DNA of 63,923 nucleotides from the NCBI GenBank assembly GCA_000708835.1, contig DF237472.1, forward strand, positions 1 to 63,923. Direction: 5' to 3'. The position numbers and the translations under genes were made by a program. Shown here one piece after another: positions 37,801-50,191 of the stretch. The notes under the pieces were generated by a model. That model saw nothing but the letters and a program-made list of their open reading frames with translations. It ran no database searches and was not told where the DNA came from. This DNA comes from Klebsormidium nitens. Its lineage: Eukaryota; Plantae; Klebsormidiophyceae. The first letter of the stretch is position 1. Every line of letters begins with the position of its first letter.

Positions 37801-40800
37801 GCATGCTGATGTCCGCTTTGTATGCAACAAAGGAGGACAAATGATCTCAAGCAACGGTCGCTCGACGAGCCAATTCCAAACCAATGGAAACCTTCAAGCT
37901 TCGATTTGAAGCAAAACCTGGAAGGAGGGATCGCCGTGCTGTGCTAGATTAATCACAGCAAATTACCGAACACAAAGTACTTTCTAAGAAACATGACCAG
38001 CCGCAGGTGTGACGCCGTCACCCTTAGACTGTTATTGGTGGAATCATTTTTGCACTGGTATCGCAAACTCTATGCACCGGCTCTTTGACTATTCTGGTCA
38101 CGCACATGCCGCTGCGTCTATTCCGTCTACTCTTAGCCACCAATCGACGGTCTTCTGTTTGTTGTCCCCTGCTTTCAGTAACACGTTAGCTCAAAACAAC
38201 AGATTGGCAAACAGTACGTTTTGCTTGTGGCTTGTCGGAAAATGCTGCCCACGACCAAGTATCTGAGCGCGAATCAGGAAAATATTGAGGATATATATCG
38301 TTAGGGAGGCGATATGCAAAAGGGCCACACCAAACGCACCTCGAGCGCCTCTGCCAGCGATTGCAACTCGTTCCGGACAGCGGCGGCGGCCGCCTCGGAC
38401 GCCTTCTTGTACGCGCTCAGCGCTGACGTCACCCTGCCAGATCAGCACGCAGAAAGGTCAGCGGAATTTTGGAATACAGAGCTTTGAACGGGGAGTCATA
38501 ACTTGATGGCACCCAGCGGATTGACCAGCAGGGAAAAGTCATTGGTCAAGATCTGTCGGAGTTTTCTTTCAAACACCCCTCAGGAACCGAGCGTTTATCA
38601 TATTATGTAAAGCGTTCAAGTCAGACCGCTCACTCGTCCGTGGTCAGGAACTTAAGCTCCACCTTGCAGCTGTCGTTATACGACGTTCTGAACATTGTGT
38701 GCAAAGCTTTACGCGGTCACCAGGACTTCCGACGACATCGAAAACCTCCTTGTTCTAACGGTTGGCCTCCAACTTGCTGTTGTTGTGGGAGGGTGGGATT
38801 CCAGATAATAATGATTCAATCTAGAGACCTTAAAGTCGTGAGCTTCTCCGGATCCGGTTTCCTCACTCGTCCGTGGTCCAACAGTTGGCCTCCACCTTGC
38901 CGTTGTTCTCCGCGTGACGTAAGCGCGCGCCGACGTCAGCAAGCGGCCCCTCCAGCGGCTGCGCCTTGAGGCCTTTGCAGCGCAGCCAGAAGCCCTTGGT
39001 CGTCAGGTTATACTGGACTTCCGCCTGCGAGAACGGACCTTAAAGCTTGAGAATGAAGCTCAAAAGATTTTGATATGAACGCTTCGAAGGAGGTTTTCGG
39101 TACCAAACGTTATAAACTTTCCTCTAGGAAGTCCTTTGCAGCGCAACCAAAAAGCCTTCGTCGTCAGGTTATGCGGGACTTCCGCCTGCAAGTGCAATAT
39201 TGATGGAGCTGAGTGATCTTGAGCAACGAGGAACAAAGAAGCTCTGGATGCCTCAAGAGCCTTCCAGAACGTCAGATATAGGGCCCCTCGAGGGTATAGG
39301 GCCTCAACCTGCTTTTGCGGCGTGCAGCAGAGAATCTTCCAACATCAGGTTGTACCTCAAAGTTGGTCTGCCACGTGGAGAGCTCAGACGCTTCGACGAT
39401 GCTCGAACCACGTTCCGGACAGAACCGCACACAGATCCTTCAGAAGGATTCGAAGGCCTCCGCATAGCTAGAAAGGTTTGGATCAAAGTTGCATTGTACG
39501 GATCTTCACCAGCGCACTCAGGCGCTTTTCGGACGCTTTTCGGACGCTGTTCGGACGCTGTTCGGTTACTGCCTTTGAAGAGGCGATCTAAGATGAGGTC
39601 GGACTCATTGAAGAGCCTTACAGACGCTTCAACGAGGATTCCGGATGGATTTGACGCGTTGGGTTGGACGCGTCGAATGCTACAGGAGAACTCTACGAAC
39701 ACCGACTATGTGTACGCATTTTGTGCGACTAAAACAAAAATTTCACACGCACAAAGAGGAATGGCAAGCAGAATTCTCCCCAGCTTATCATGGACTGGGT
39801 AAAAGTAGTTTAGCTGAGGACATGCCCGATTGGTGCAATGAAAGCGCTGGATGGATCCCGACACGGTTGCCACCTTTCAGTGGGTTGAATTCGTAACAGC
39901 GACGCCCACCTTTAGTGTGCCCCCTCGCGCCTTTGCGAACATGAGCACCGCGCCAAAGTCGCGCTCGACAGTCGCCTTCAGCTTTTGAGCGGCCGCAAAG
40001 ACCTGCACAAGAATAGAATGTGCAACTCTCAACTCGAGTCTCCGTCTCCGCGGTCGTGGAACGTACCCTACGCATCCCCTTATATAACTTGTCCCCAAAG
40101 CTTCACAAAGCGCTCACATCCGAGAGCGAAACCCAAGAAATCGAGTTTGTTGAATCCGGTCGTTAGAAGCTCGTCTTTGCTCTGACCCCGCCACCTTCCT
40201 TCTCTTCAAGCAGCCCAGAACAGCTCCGAATGACTGGTCGGACTTGGCAAAAAGTGAAACCTCAGTTGTTAGGAAAGCACAGAACTGAACGCAGTGGTCT
40301 TGATCTTGCGTCCCGGCAATCGTCTTCGAAACGCCCCAGCCTTGCAGATGACAGTCCATCCAGATCTCGATTCGTCTATCCCTTAGAGCGGTAAGAAGAG
40401 TGTATACCCACATCAAATCGCCTCAAGTCAAGAAGGAAAGAGAATGATGACATCACCTCGTTGAACTCGGTTTCCAAATGCTCGTCCTTGATTCGCCCTC
40501 GCCATCCTCGTTCATTCTCGTCCAACAAATCGCGCAGCGCCCGGAAGTCGTCATCGATCGTCAGCCAGCTGGCGTTGCCGTCCGTCTGCTGCTCCCGGAC
40601 GTCCGGCACTTTGGCCGAGATGAGCCCAATGATTTCGTCACAGTCGGCAGTCTGCAAAACAACTACGAGATAATAAGGGTGGGCACGAAAACTGTACACG
40701 TGACGAAAAAATGATCAGGCTCGCGTTGCCGTCCGTCTGCTGCTCCCGGACGTCCGGAACCTTCGCCGAAATGAGCCCGATAGTCTCGTCACAATTAGCA

Positions 40801-43800
40801 GTCTGCAACACAATTATGAATGAGCAAGAGTGAGACACCAAGAGGGTAAACGTGATAGAAGTGCGTCAATATTACATTGCCGTCCGTCTGCTGCTTTCGC
40901 ATGTCCAAAACCTTCGCCGAAATAAGCCCGATAATATCGTCACAATCAGAACTGCCAAAGTAGAAAGCTTTTGCGAGACTGAAAAAGAAGGAACTAAGGA
41001 GCTAAGACTGAGCTATAATCGGAAGTTGCCGTCTATCTGCCGCTCTCGGGCGTCCGGAGCCTTGCCTGCAATCATTGCGGTAATGTTCCACAGTCGGCAA
41101 CCTGCAATCCCGACGTGGACGGATCGAGCAGCTGCCTTGCGATTGAATCAAGAATCCCGTGAACGAGCATCGCTTTTGATGTCTTCGGACATATGGGTTT
41201 GTCGTTAAAAAGGGTGTGATCCGGAAAACTTTGAGTGAAATAGCTACCAGCCGATATCGATACATCCAACCAGCCCCTTCGCCAGCCCTCCATCGGCACC
41301 AGCAGCAGCCGAGCAATTGGTCGCAGGGCCTCGTCGGCAAACATGGCTCGGACACTTTCGGACAGCTCTCAAAGTATCTACAGAATGAACGAATTCCAAG
41401 AAATCGTCAGGATTAAGAATACCCACCAGGCGGTTTTCGTCAAACCTGGTCAGCCCCGTTGCCAGTTCCGTCGGCTCCACAAGCAGCCGCGCAATTGGAC
41501 GCAGTGCCAAGTCCGCAAACATCGCTCGGACGCTTTCGGACACTGAATTTCAAAGAAAACACATATAGTAAAAGTGTGAGGTTTCTCAGTTTATGAAACC
41601 CACCAGTCGGGTTTCGTCAAACCCGGTCAGCCCCGTTGCTAGCTCCGTCGGCTCCAGCAGCAGCCGCGCAATCGGACGCAGGGCGTCGTCCGCAAACATG
41701 GCTCGGACGCTCTCGGACAGCGCCCGGATCTGGGAGAACTGCTTGTGGTTTACTTCGCGTTCGCGGATGAGCTTGACCAGTTTATAGTCCGGCTCACAGG
41801 GGAAGTCGGGGAGGGAGACGGAGACGGAGCTGAGCAGTCGGCACGCCTCTGCATGGAGAAGAAAGGCGCTTAGGAGCTCGGCGTTTCCACAACTTGTCCT
41901 TTGACGAACCGTGAGCACGTCTTGTTATGTTCATTGTTCGCTGTCACCAACTTAGATTTGACTCCATGAGCAATCTGGATGAGACGAGTCTTGTTAATTG
42001 ACTTTCGGCTACCTGGATCAAAGTACCCGGCTGAGAATCGCGCGTTCAAGGAAGGCAAGGATTGCGAAACACTACCTCAGGTTCTCTTCTCTACCCTTCA
42101 AACTCTCACCAGGGGTAAAACGATTTTCACGAAAGTGCTATCAGAAAACCCTATCCCATCTCCAGAATATGCCCTCAACCTGTAGGCGTTCTCATAAGAG
42201 ATGCAACGCGTAGCTCTTAGAACCCACCGAGAGAAACAAACTTCAGCAGGAAGAGAACTTGCCTTGTATCTTTCCGGCAGTCTCGTAAGGTGGAGGGTTG
42301 AGAAGCAGTCGCTTTACGTAGCTGTATGCACAGAACAGGTTGAGGATTAGGGAGATCAACGTGAGGGGCGGATTGCAAGAATTGGAGCGCGCTTTCCCTC
42401 TTCGATAAGCTATCAATATGCAGTCCAAAACTACAGTCCTTTTTAAGTTCCTGACATGATCCTCTCGCAGGAAGACGGCTTGCGCCACTTGTCGGACCGA
42501 CAGTCCAGCCTGTTTACATTTCTTGAAAATGTGCATGCAAAGCTTCGATGTGAATGCGCACCTTCTGCAGAGCTTGCTGGCGTCCTTGGGCATCACTGCG
42601 TCGAGCAACCGGGGCATGCCGGCAAGCGGGTGAAGACCTGTCGGGAAGGTCTACCGGTCACTCAATCCAGTGGTACCGGACAATCCTTTCAGCAGTACCG
42701 GACAGTCCTTTCAGCAGTACCGGACACTCACATCCGTGGCCAACGCTTTGAACCCTGGTCCGGCTACTTATAAGGTAACTGTTCATTGGAAAAGGCCTAT
42801 CGAGAAGCGTTCGACGCGGGCCACGCTATTCAAGGCGTGCAAGCAACGCCAAGGACCCGGTGAAAGCAGCTTATACGCTTCCTTAGCAAACCCTCTCGTT
42901 ACCTGATGAGTCCATTCTGACAGCGAGTGGAAGAAATGAGCTATGAAACTCTATGTTTCAGATTGTCGCAACTCTGACATGATAGCCAAGGACGAAGTGT
43001 GATAGGGCTCCCACCTATCTGGATCGCGGTCGAGTAGTACAGTGGGCGGGGCCTATTCTCATTCACGTTCCTGGTCTCCTCAAAGTCTTCTCCTTCTTTG
43101 TTGTACGCTTTTCGGACCTGCAGGATATAAGAGCACCCATCAGCGGCTGACACGTGGCATCAAACGGATGGGATGACAATACAACCTCTGGTCAATCAAG
43201 GAGGGGAGTCGTGGCTATACGGCTTGGGGAGCAGTGATTGGTATTGAGAATCAAAGAGAGCGACGCCCTTCACGGCGACTTCAAAGATGACGATGACAGG
43301 CCTACAGTCGCCTCGATAAAGACAAGGCTCACGAATCCAGCTGTCCAGCAGAAAGGCGCGTTCTGAACTGGGAAAAGGGCGCAGACTCAGAATGACGGGA
43401 CATGAGATCTGAAATCAAAAGACGGCGGACATAGAACGTTTGACAAGCAAACGGGACAGCTGCCCATGAAGACTGATCTGGCTCGTCAGCAAAGAGACGT
43501 TGAAAGAGTAACCAGAGCGAGGACGCAGAGAACGCACCTCTGCCAGAATCACCTCCTCAAGCTCCATGGCGTCTCCAGTGAAGAATGCCAGCGAGCCACG
43601 TGTCTCGCACTCGGTCTTGATGGCGCTCTTCTGCCACGTGGGCGTTCCTGATAGGGCACCAAATGAGGAGAGGCTTCAAGGGAAAATTGCGGAACTCAAT
43701 CATTTCCAGTCATCATGCCAAGATCCACTTTTTCGAGGCTGGATGAAGCGCGAAACCCAGACCCTTTCGACGTTACTCAAAACGCCCTTTAGTCCAATTG

Positions 43801-46800
43801 ATCGATAGACTAGCGCCCTTCAAAGAAATTGGGCAAGATCACGGAGGCTACAGCGCACATTGCTCGAGAAAGAGACCCGGAGTTTACCGATCGGAACTAC
43901 GAAGAAGGAAGATTTATTCAGCAAAGACCAGCAACTATTTTCACGGAGGCAACTGCTGGGGAAGAGTGCTTTCGACGTTGATCGGGGATGCTAACGAGAG
44001 GCTCCGTCGCTCAACAAACTTCTGATTGAAAACAGACCGGTTTGACGTAGATCGGCCACCGAAATGGAGAACAACTGCGCACAGGCAAACCATTGCGAGG
44101 GAGCGCTTGAGAAGCGGCCGGGAACAGCTTACCGGGGGCACCGCCGCGCAGCAAAGAGTTGATGTGAGGAGCCGCGTCTGAAATCAACCACCAATTGCGG
44201 AGGACACTCAACCATCAAGAGAGCGCTTCGACCTTACCCCAACACCCTAAATCCTACAATTCTAGCACCTGAAAACCCCGACACCTCAAAACCCAAAAGC
44301 TCAAAACCCCAGAATCTTGAATTGACCCGAAAAAGCTCACCAGGAGCGCCATCTCGCAGCGAAGAGTGGATGTAGAGAATCGGGGCGGCGCCCCGCTCCC
44401 TCAGTTTGGCGATCACGCCTTCCTCCGTCAAGTTCTCTTCCTTGACGTAGGTTTGCATCGGCAGGTTGACCGAAACCATGATGTAGCCGCGTTTCGAAAA
44501 GGCCAAGCCTGCGGGGTGAAAAGGAAAGCGATCTTATCTCACGGTCTGCTGTAAGTGCGCTGTAGAAAAGCACAGCAAAGAGTTTTATTGTCCCCACCCT
44601 CGCCATCAACAATCATGCTCACAGGATAGACTTCGAAAGGTGAGACCGGCAAAGTGCGCCGCAAGCCCCGTGTCACGCAGAAAGAGTCTGCTGTTCGCAC
44701 TTGCATTGCAACATCCAGGCTTCGTCAAACAGGGTCAAACTGTCCAACAGCGTCAAACAGTCATGGTCTGGGGAGTCAGTCACGCCAGCGTCGCAGCTTG
44801 CTCGCGACTGATTGCCATGCATTGAGCCTTTGAAAGGTCACCAACGGGGTCATTCAGTGCCAGGCTCAAGCGATCAAGCCCCTGGAAAGCCGCACTGGTC
44901 TCGATCGATGCGGTTCCTGGAGAGCTTCGAAAGGTTTCCAAAAAGATGACCAAAATATGCAAAGCACATTTTGCTTGTTTGTCAGACTCACCCACAATGG
45001 GAGGCGGCTCGTCGAAGTCACCATCCTTCTCGCTGTCCACAATCCCCCGCAGATACGGGTTCTCTTTGCTGTAAATGCTGCAAGAGTTGCCAACGATCGT
45101 TTCATGGTTTGGGGAGATGAGTGCCGCACGCTGTCGAGCACACCTTTGCCTTGTCCAGCAGAAAACAAACTGACCAAAGAAGTCGTCCTGTGAGCTAGAA
45201 GCGGACTTTCCTTTGATCTGATCAAGGCCCTGTGAAACAAACGGCTGGGGGCGTCAAAGGGCTTCAGCACGAAACGTTCCTGATTCTGATTGCCGCGTCT
45301 CTGCACTCGGCATCCAAAACTTTAGAACGAAGACACCATCTGAGTAACCCGTATTGATCGTGATATATCAATTGTGTGAACGATCCAGTCCCACAACGTT
45401 CTGACAGCGAATAGACGCGTATGGTAGGAACGGAAGAAGGATTAGGCAATTGGTCTCCTTGACAGGGCTAGTAGTCGCTCAGGAACTTACCCTCCCAGAT
45501 ACCTCTCCTTTCGCCCGCGTGTGTCAAGCCCCGCCTCTTCGATAACGCCCTGCACAGTTGACACGCAAAGTGGTATCAGCTCCCACAGACATTTGAACTT
45601 TGAGCCATCGCGGCATAGCGCATCTCAACCAAAGTCATATGTTTTCTCTAGTTTCAGATTTGTCTGCAGTTCACAAGAAGAATGAACGCTAGAGCAGGCA
45701 GTTCACAGCAAGTCACAGCAATTGACAGCAAGCTTAAACAATATCCGGATTTCCATGTGGCAGAGACTCGCGACCGGTTTCCGCCCTTGCAATTCATCCT
45801 AACCGCACTTGGGGATCGGCCACAAGAAGGAAAGACGGAAGGCATCTGGAAAGCTCACCACTCTAAATCCCGCCGCACCTAGATGCTCAATGGTCCTGGA
45901 AATGTTCTGCAAGGACGAGAATAACAATGACGAGCGGTAACGGGTTTGAAGTAGACAAACTTTCTCCGACTTTGACCGTAACTTAGACACGACATTCTCG
46001 TAGCGGGTAGGTGCGAAACAAGGAAGAAGCCGCTCGAGAGATCCGGCATCTCAAAGCTCGACCGCCTTCTCAACCTGTTAGACCTCCCTGTCACGTTCAC
46101 GATGCCCTTTTCCGGACCGAACCTTACAAAAATCAAAGAGCGTCCAAAAAGATGAAATAAGAATCAACCTCAGGCCCCCTTTTCTTATTTAGACGGAACG
46201 AAATGCCGCGTGTCAATCAGATAGGGCCTATACCTTAGAATAAGGTCTCTTACCAGTCTCGAGATAGACGCGCTCATGTACACTGAGTTCCTCTATCGTG
46301 CAATCAGGTTGTGTTCTTACTCCAATGTTAGACGCACCTGTTTCGGGCATCCCGCCTTTGGCAATTTCTGGCCCATCGGGTTGAGCCCCGCGTATTGCAC
46401 CATCAGCACCGCATCGAACCCGATCGACTCGTAAAAGTCGCCCACCTGCGAGACGACACGTGGCAATCACTTCCCCATGCGCTACATGGGCTTCCCTGGA
46501 AATGCAGGTTCAATCGAGACTTCTGCGGATCTAAGCAGAGGAGCTTATCAACAGGGCACATTGTATTGCACGTCGCTGAAGCAGCTGTAGAATTTGGTCC
46601 GTCGTTCCGGGTTATGAGTAAGAGTAAGAGCAGGAGACGCGTCACACTAGAGGATCTATCGAGACATGCCCCTTAGGCACACTGTCAGCTCGAAGTTAGC
46701 AACACAGTCGCGTGTCGGCACGGGTTACGGAGAATGCGCGCTTCTTCGACGCTGCTTTACAGGCACGAAAAGGTTCTTACTACCCTCTATCAGCGGACTT

Positions 46801-49451
46801 TGGAGCAAAAAGGTTTTGTAAAGAGGGGGAACTCACTCTCGTCAGCAGCATGCATCGTGGCTGGGCCTTCCGATGCTCCAGTATAACTGCGTTCACCCTG
46901 AAAATATGGGTTACAGTTGGGTTAGCCGAACGCAACTTTGACCATCTTCTGAGAAACTTTCGGAGAAGGGCTTGAGACGGGCCTTCCAGTGCACCGGTCT
47001 GATTGCGTTCACCCTGGGATTCAAAAGCCGGGTCAGTTCGACGTGAGAGAATTGCCTTCTGAAAAGGAAACGGGAAGAAAAGATTTGAGTAAACAATCTC
47101 AAATTACAGAATCGCCACTGCGATCGGCCAGAAATTTTCTCCCGGATGCTCTGATGTCTCTCTGATGCTCCAGTTTATCACCGTTAGCTCAAGTTAGACT
47201 GGCAGGGAAGAGACAGCGTTTGAGAGGTCAAGGAATGGGGTTAACTTACGTCCCCGGTTTGACCTCCTCGTCGAGACCCAGCATGCTATTGAAGTCGAGC
47301 TTCTCTCGCATCAGTTGCGCGTCAGGTTTATCGCAGGCCTCCATTCTCTGTACGGGAAGTCCGAAACGGGTAAAGATTAGAAGGTCAAGAGACGCTGGGT
47401 AGATTAGTAAGGACAAATTAACCAACAGAATATCTCTAAGGAGGGAACGGGATGCTATGCGTCGGGTAGAGTGAGAGTGGCGCGTCGTCACACACCAGGT
47501 TTATCGCAGGCCTTCATTCTCTGCATTAGTTCGAGAACGGAATAAACGAGATTTGGTTACCACATTTCCAGGCCATACAATCCCACTCTAACCTTTTCGC
47601 CTGAGCCAGCATGCGATTAGAAGTCTAGGTCTTTTGTGCATCATCCGCGTGTCAGCTTATCACAGCCAGTTTATGCATGAGGTTTAACAACCGATTCCAG
47701 CGAAAGTAAGTAGTCATCTCAGAATCAAGCTTCTCGCTTATCAGCAACGCGTTGTACTTATCGCAGGCGTCAATGTTCTCGCTTGGTTTAGAACCAGGTT
47801 AAGGAAAGCATTGAATATCGTGTTGCTACAACGTCAAGAAAGGAGGGAGGCTTGGCAAGTTATGAATCTCAAAGTTCGATGTTGTGAAGCGTCATAGAAA
47901 TGATGGCGACAAGCGCGACACGGGAAAAACGGCCTAGGTTTTGGACAGAATATCTGTTGAAGGAAACATTTGACGACATCCGCTAGACAAAAGTGGAAAG
48001 TGATCCGACGAAGTAGAAAGGGTAGAGTAGCACCTTTCGTCTGGAGGAGTTTTCACGAACTGAAATCGGAACCAGCAGACACTTTGTGGACACAGGCAGA
48101 AGGGCAATAGGTTTGAAGGGCAACGTAAATCTTACACATCGAACTTCTTGGAGATAAAGTAGACTTCAACCTTGTGGCTACAGCTGACGATGGTGTTCAA
48201 GATTCCATCAAGAAAACAGCTGCTGCTCGAGTTGCTAGAAAAGCAAAAGACACTCATTCAATCATAGATATTTTCGCCTCGTGTCAGATACTGTACAAAA
48301 GCAAGTGAAAGCAGACTGGAAAAAGTCTATGTCTGTGATGGAGAAAGGGCACTACCTCTATCCACCAGTCCTTGTCCTCCCTCGTCTGAAACGTACTGTC
48401 GATCTTTTCTCGGGCCTTCGGACCCGCTCTCGCACGTCCGAAGAACGAGAAGAACGTCCGCCTGAGAGAAAAGTGAAGCCGGTGGCTACATACCGTTGAT
48501 TGCCCACTGGACTCTATGTGGTGTCAAAACGGGTGCCTCTGCCCCAAAAAGAAAGTTATGCATTGTGCGTGGTCCACGTCAGAGCGTCTGTGGATCATTG
48601 CAACAAAGTTTCCAAATGCCTTTTGTTTCCGAGTTGAATCCGCCAGATCTCTTTCTACTCCAATAGAATGTGCATCTTCCAGAGATTACTTCTTTCAACA
48701 AAACAATCTATGTCTATTGTTCTTGAAACCACCACCCACAGAGCTTGGCCAACACAAGTACAGCACATACCAAGCTGACTCAACCAGCTTTGAAACTGAT
48801 TATTACATGAAACCGCTAGCAGAGTAACTTGAAGGGCCTTGGCCATCACAAGTACTGTACATATTGGGCTTATTCGAGCAGCTTGATTTCAAATCTTAAG
48901 AAAATGACAAGCAGAGTAGGAGCTGAAAAAAAGGCTCAGAAAGCTTACCTCGGTTGCGTTTCAAGAGCCTTGAAAGGGGCCCCCAAGAACGTGCTGGAGC
49001 CTGACCCTGTCACTCTTCCACCACTCCAACTAGGAGCGGAACTTTTGTCGCTTCTGACCAGAGACGCCGCCCGCCACCCGTGCTCATACCACTCTGCGGC
49101 TGCGCACCTGACACTTTGTTTCTTCGAAGTGGTGACATCACCTGCGCCAGCTGGCGAAAAATATCCCCTTGCGACCTGAGCTTTTGCCAGCATTCTGGAA
49201 ACCCTTGTGGCTTTGATTCCCCTTGTGAGTCCCGAAGACCGACTACTTGTCAGTGTTGAATAAACCCTTGGGGAAGTTGCGACCGGCGAACAATGGGAGC
49301 TCGCTACGCATTTGAGAGCGTTGGAATGCAAGAAACGTGCCGCCTTATTGGTGACGGCAGCTTTCGCCGGCATTGCGTTTCTACATTGGAAACCCATTCG
49401 AGTGGCACAGCAACGCAATTGCCTGGCAGCTAAAACAGCGCCCAGGATCAT
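31832..49451 (-). CDS. MSH1: MutS homolog 1, organellar (mitochondrial/plastid) MutS with C-terminal GIY-YIG domain, ~1329 aa, 23 exons
   Basis: Exons 49451-48949, 48461-48356, 47347-47250, 46897-46837, 46445-46338, 45906-45859, 45549-45491, 45068-44992, 44508-44341, 43647-43538, 43117-43015, 42637-42562, 42321-42263, 41848-41604, 40651-40457, 40002-39910, 39024-38867, 38433-38340, 37538-37133, 35598-35381, 34401-34165, 33148-32669, 32119-31832; phase-compatible. Motifs: LLTRVGDFYESIGFDAVLMVQYAGLNP (domain I), RPRPLYYSTAIQIG, LLLNPPPYE, LTGPNTSGKSTILR (P-loop), LVLVDELGKGTE, LATHLH, KLIDGECRESLAMETA, GIY-YIG-type YLYIFQRTDGAFYVGETDDLRGRVKRHR. Basic Ser/Arg-rich transit-peptide-like N-terminus; the exact start ATG is uncertain. 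Confidence 0.95.
33630..36520 (-). repeat. Exon-echo arrays around MSH1 exons 20 and 21
   Basis: Exon 20 start at 35598 (real), 35755, 35912, 36059, 36200, 36362, 36500; end echoes at ~35220-35330 and ~35040-35140. Exon 21 start at 34401 (real), 34546, 34668; end echoes at 33978, ~33805, 33639 (real 34165). Confidence 0.92.
38630..47790 (-). repeat. Scattered exon-echo arrays at MSH1 exons 3, 4, 9, 14, 15, 17
   Basis: Exon 17 start 39024/39185/~39360 and end 38867/38634. Exon 15 start 40651/40802/~40952/41101. Exon 14 end 41604/41427/~41245. Exon 9 end 44341/44133. Exon 4 start 46897/47013. Exon 3 start 47347/47520/~47665/~47780. Confidence 0.85.
42666..42730 (+). repeat. Short tandem repeat ~21-22 bp x3 (CAGTGGTACCGGACAATCCTTTCAG / CAGTACCGGACAGTCCTTTCAG), just upstream of MSH1 exon 12 acceptor
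   Basis: Read directly. Confidence 0.75.
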
Positions 49452-50191
49452 GGCCGCCCGCTTTGACACCAAATGCGCGGCGTTCGCGCACAGCTCACTT
49501 TCCCGTCACCATTTTGGCCCCAGCTGGAAAGAATGGGGTCATGAGGAACAGCTTGCATAGGTTCGGCGCCCTCGCCTCTTTGCGCACAATGCCAGCATTG
49601 AGCAGCATTCTGCAGACTAGTCTTCAGCCAGAGACAACTTCAAAATTGGGGAGCGCGCGAAGTGTGCTCAGTGCTGAGGTTACAGAACTAGCAGCGCGGA
49701 CAGTTCAAGGCCGATGACGGTAAAGGGGTTGCAAGGGTCAAAAGTGTGAGCTTTACCACTCTGAATGATCGGTCTCACCTGCGCATGAACTCACGCCAGG
49801 AAGAGGTAGAAGCTTTCGAAGTTTGCTGAGGAAGCTTGTTGAGAGAGGTGCTTAATACCTGTTAAACATAACTCCGTTTTCTGTGGATTTGAAATCCATT
49901 CCAAGGTGGTGAAAGAAGAGAAGCAGAAGCGGCGGCATGCAATATACCGTATGCAGTTAAGGCTGTCGCTGCGGCATTTGAGCATTCTGAGGCCGCTGCA
50001 TAAGGAAAAGATCTGAATCAGCCTTTCTGCCCCCAGCTGCAAAAGTGGTGGCATTACAGGATTCTGTGAGCAACCCTGCAATCCAATAAAGGATTGAAAA
50101 CATCCAATTTTGTACATTGTTTCTTTCTTCGCACTTTTAACTTTCTTTCCATCCCAACATCTAAGAAAAGGGCGAATCACAGCAGGCCAAC

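Noticed and set aside
39200-39802. ORFs 39200..39802(+) and 39304..39702(-) inside an MSH1 intron as a nested gene
   Set aside because: No family motif; part is a decayed echo of exon 17 (YNLMLEDSLLHAAK vs YNLTTKGFWLRCK) plus a short tandem repeat.
31832-49451. MSH1 as the cause of the local duplications
   Set aside because: MSH1 acts on organellar genomes, and echoes occur equally in unrelated genes; the co-location is coincidental.
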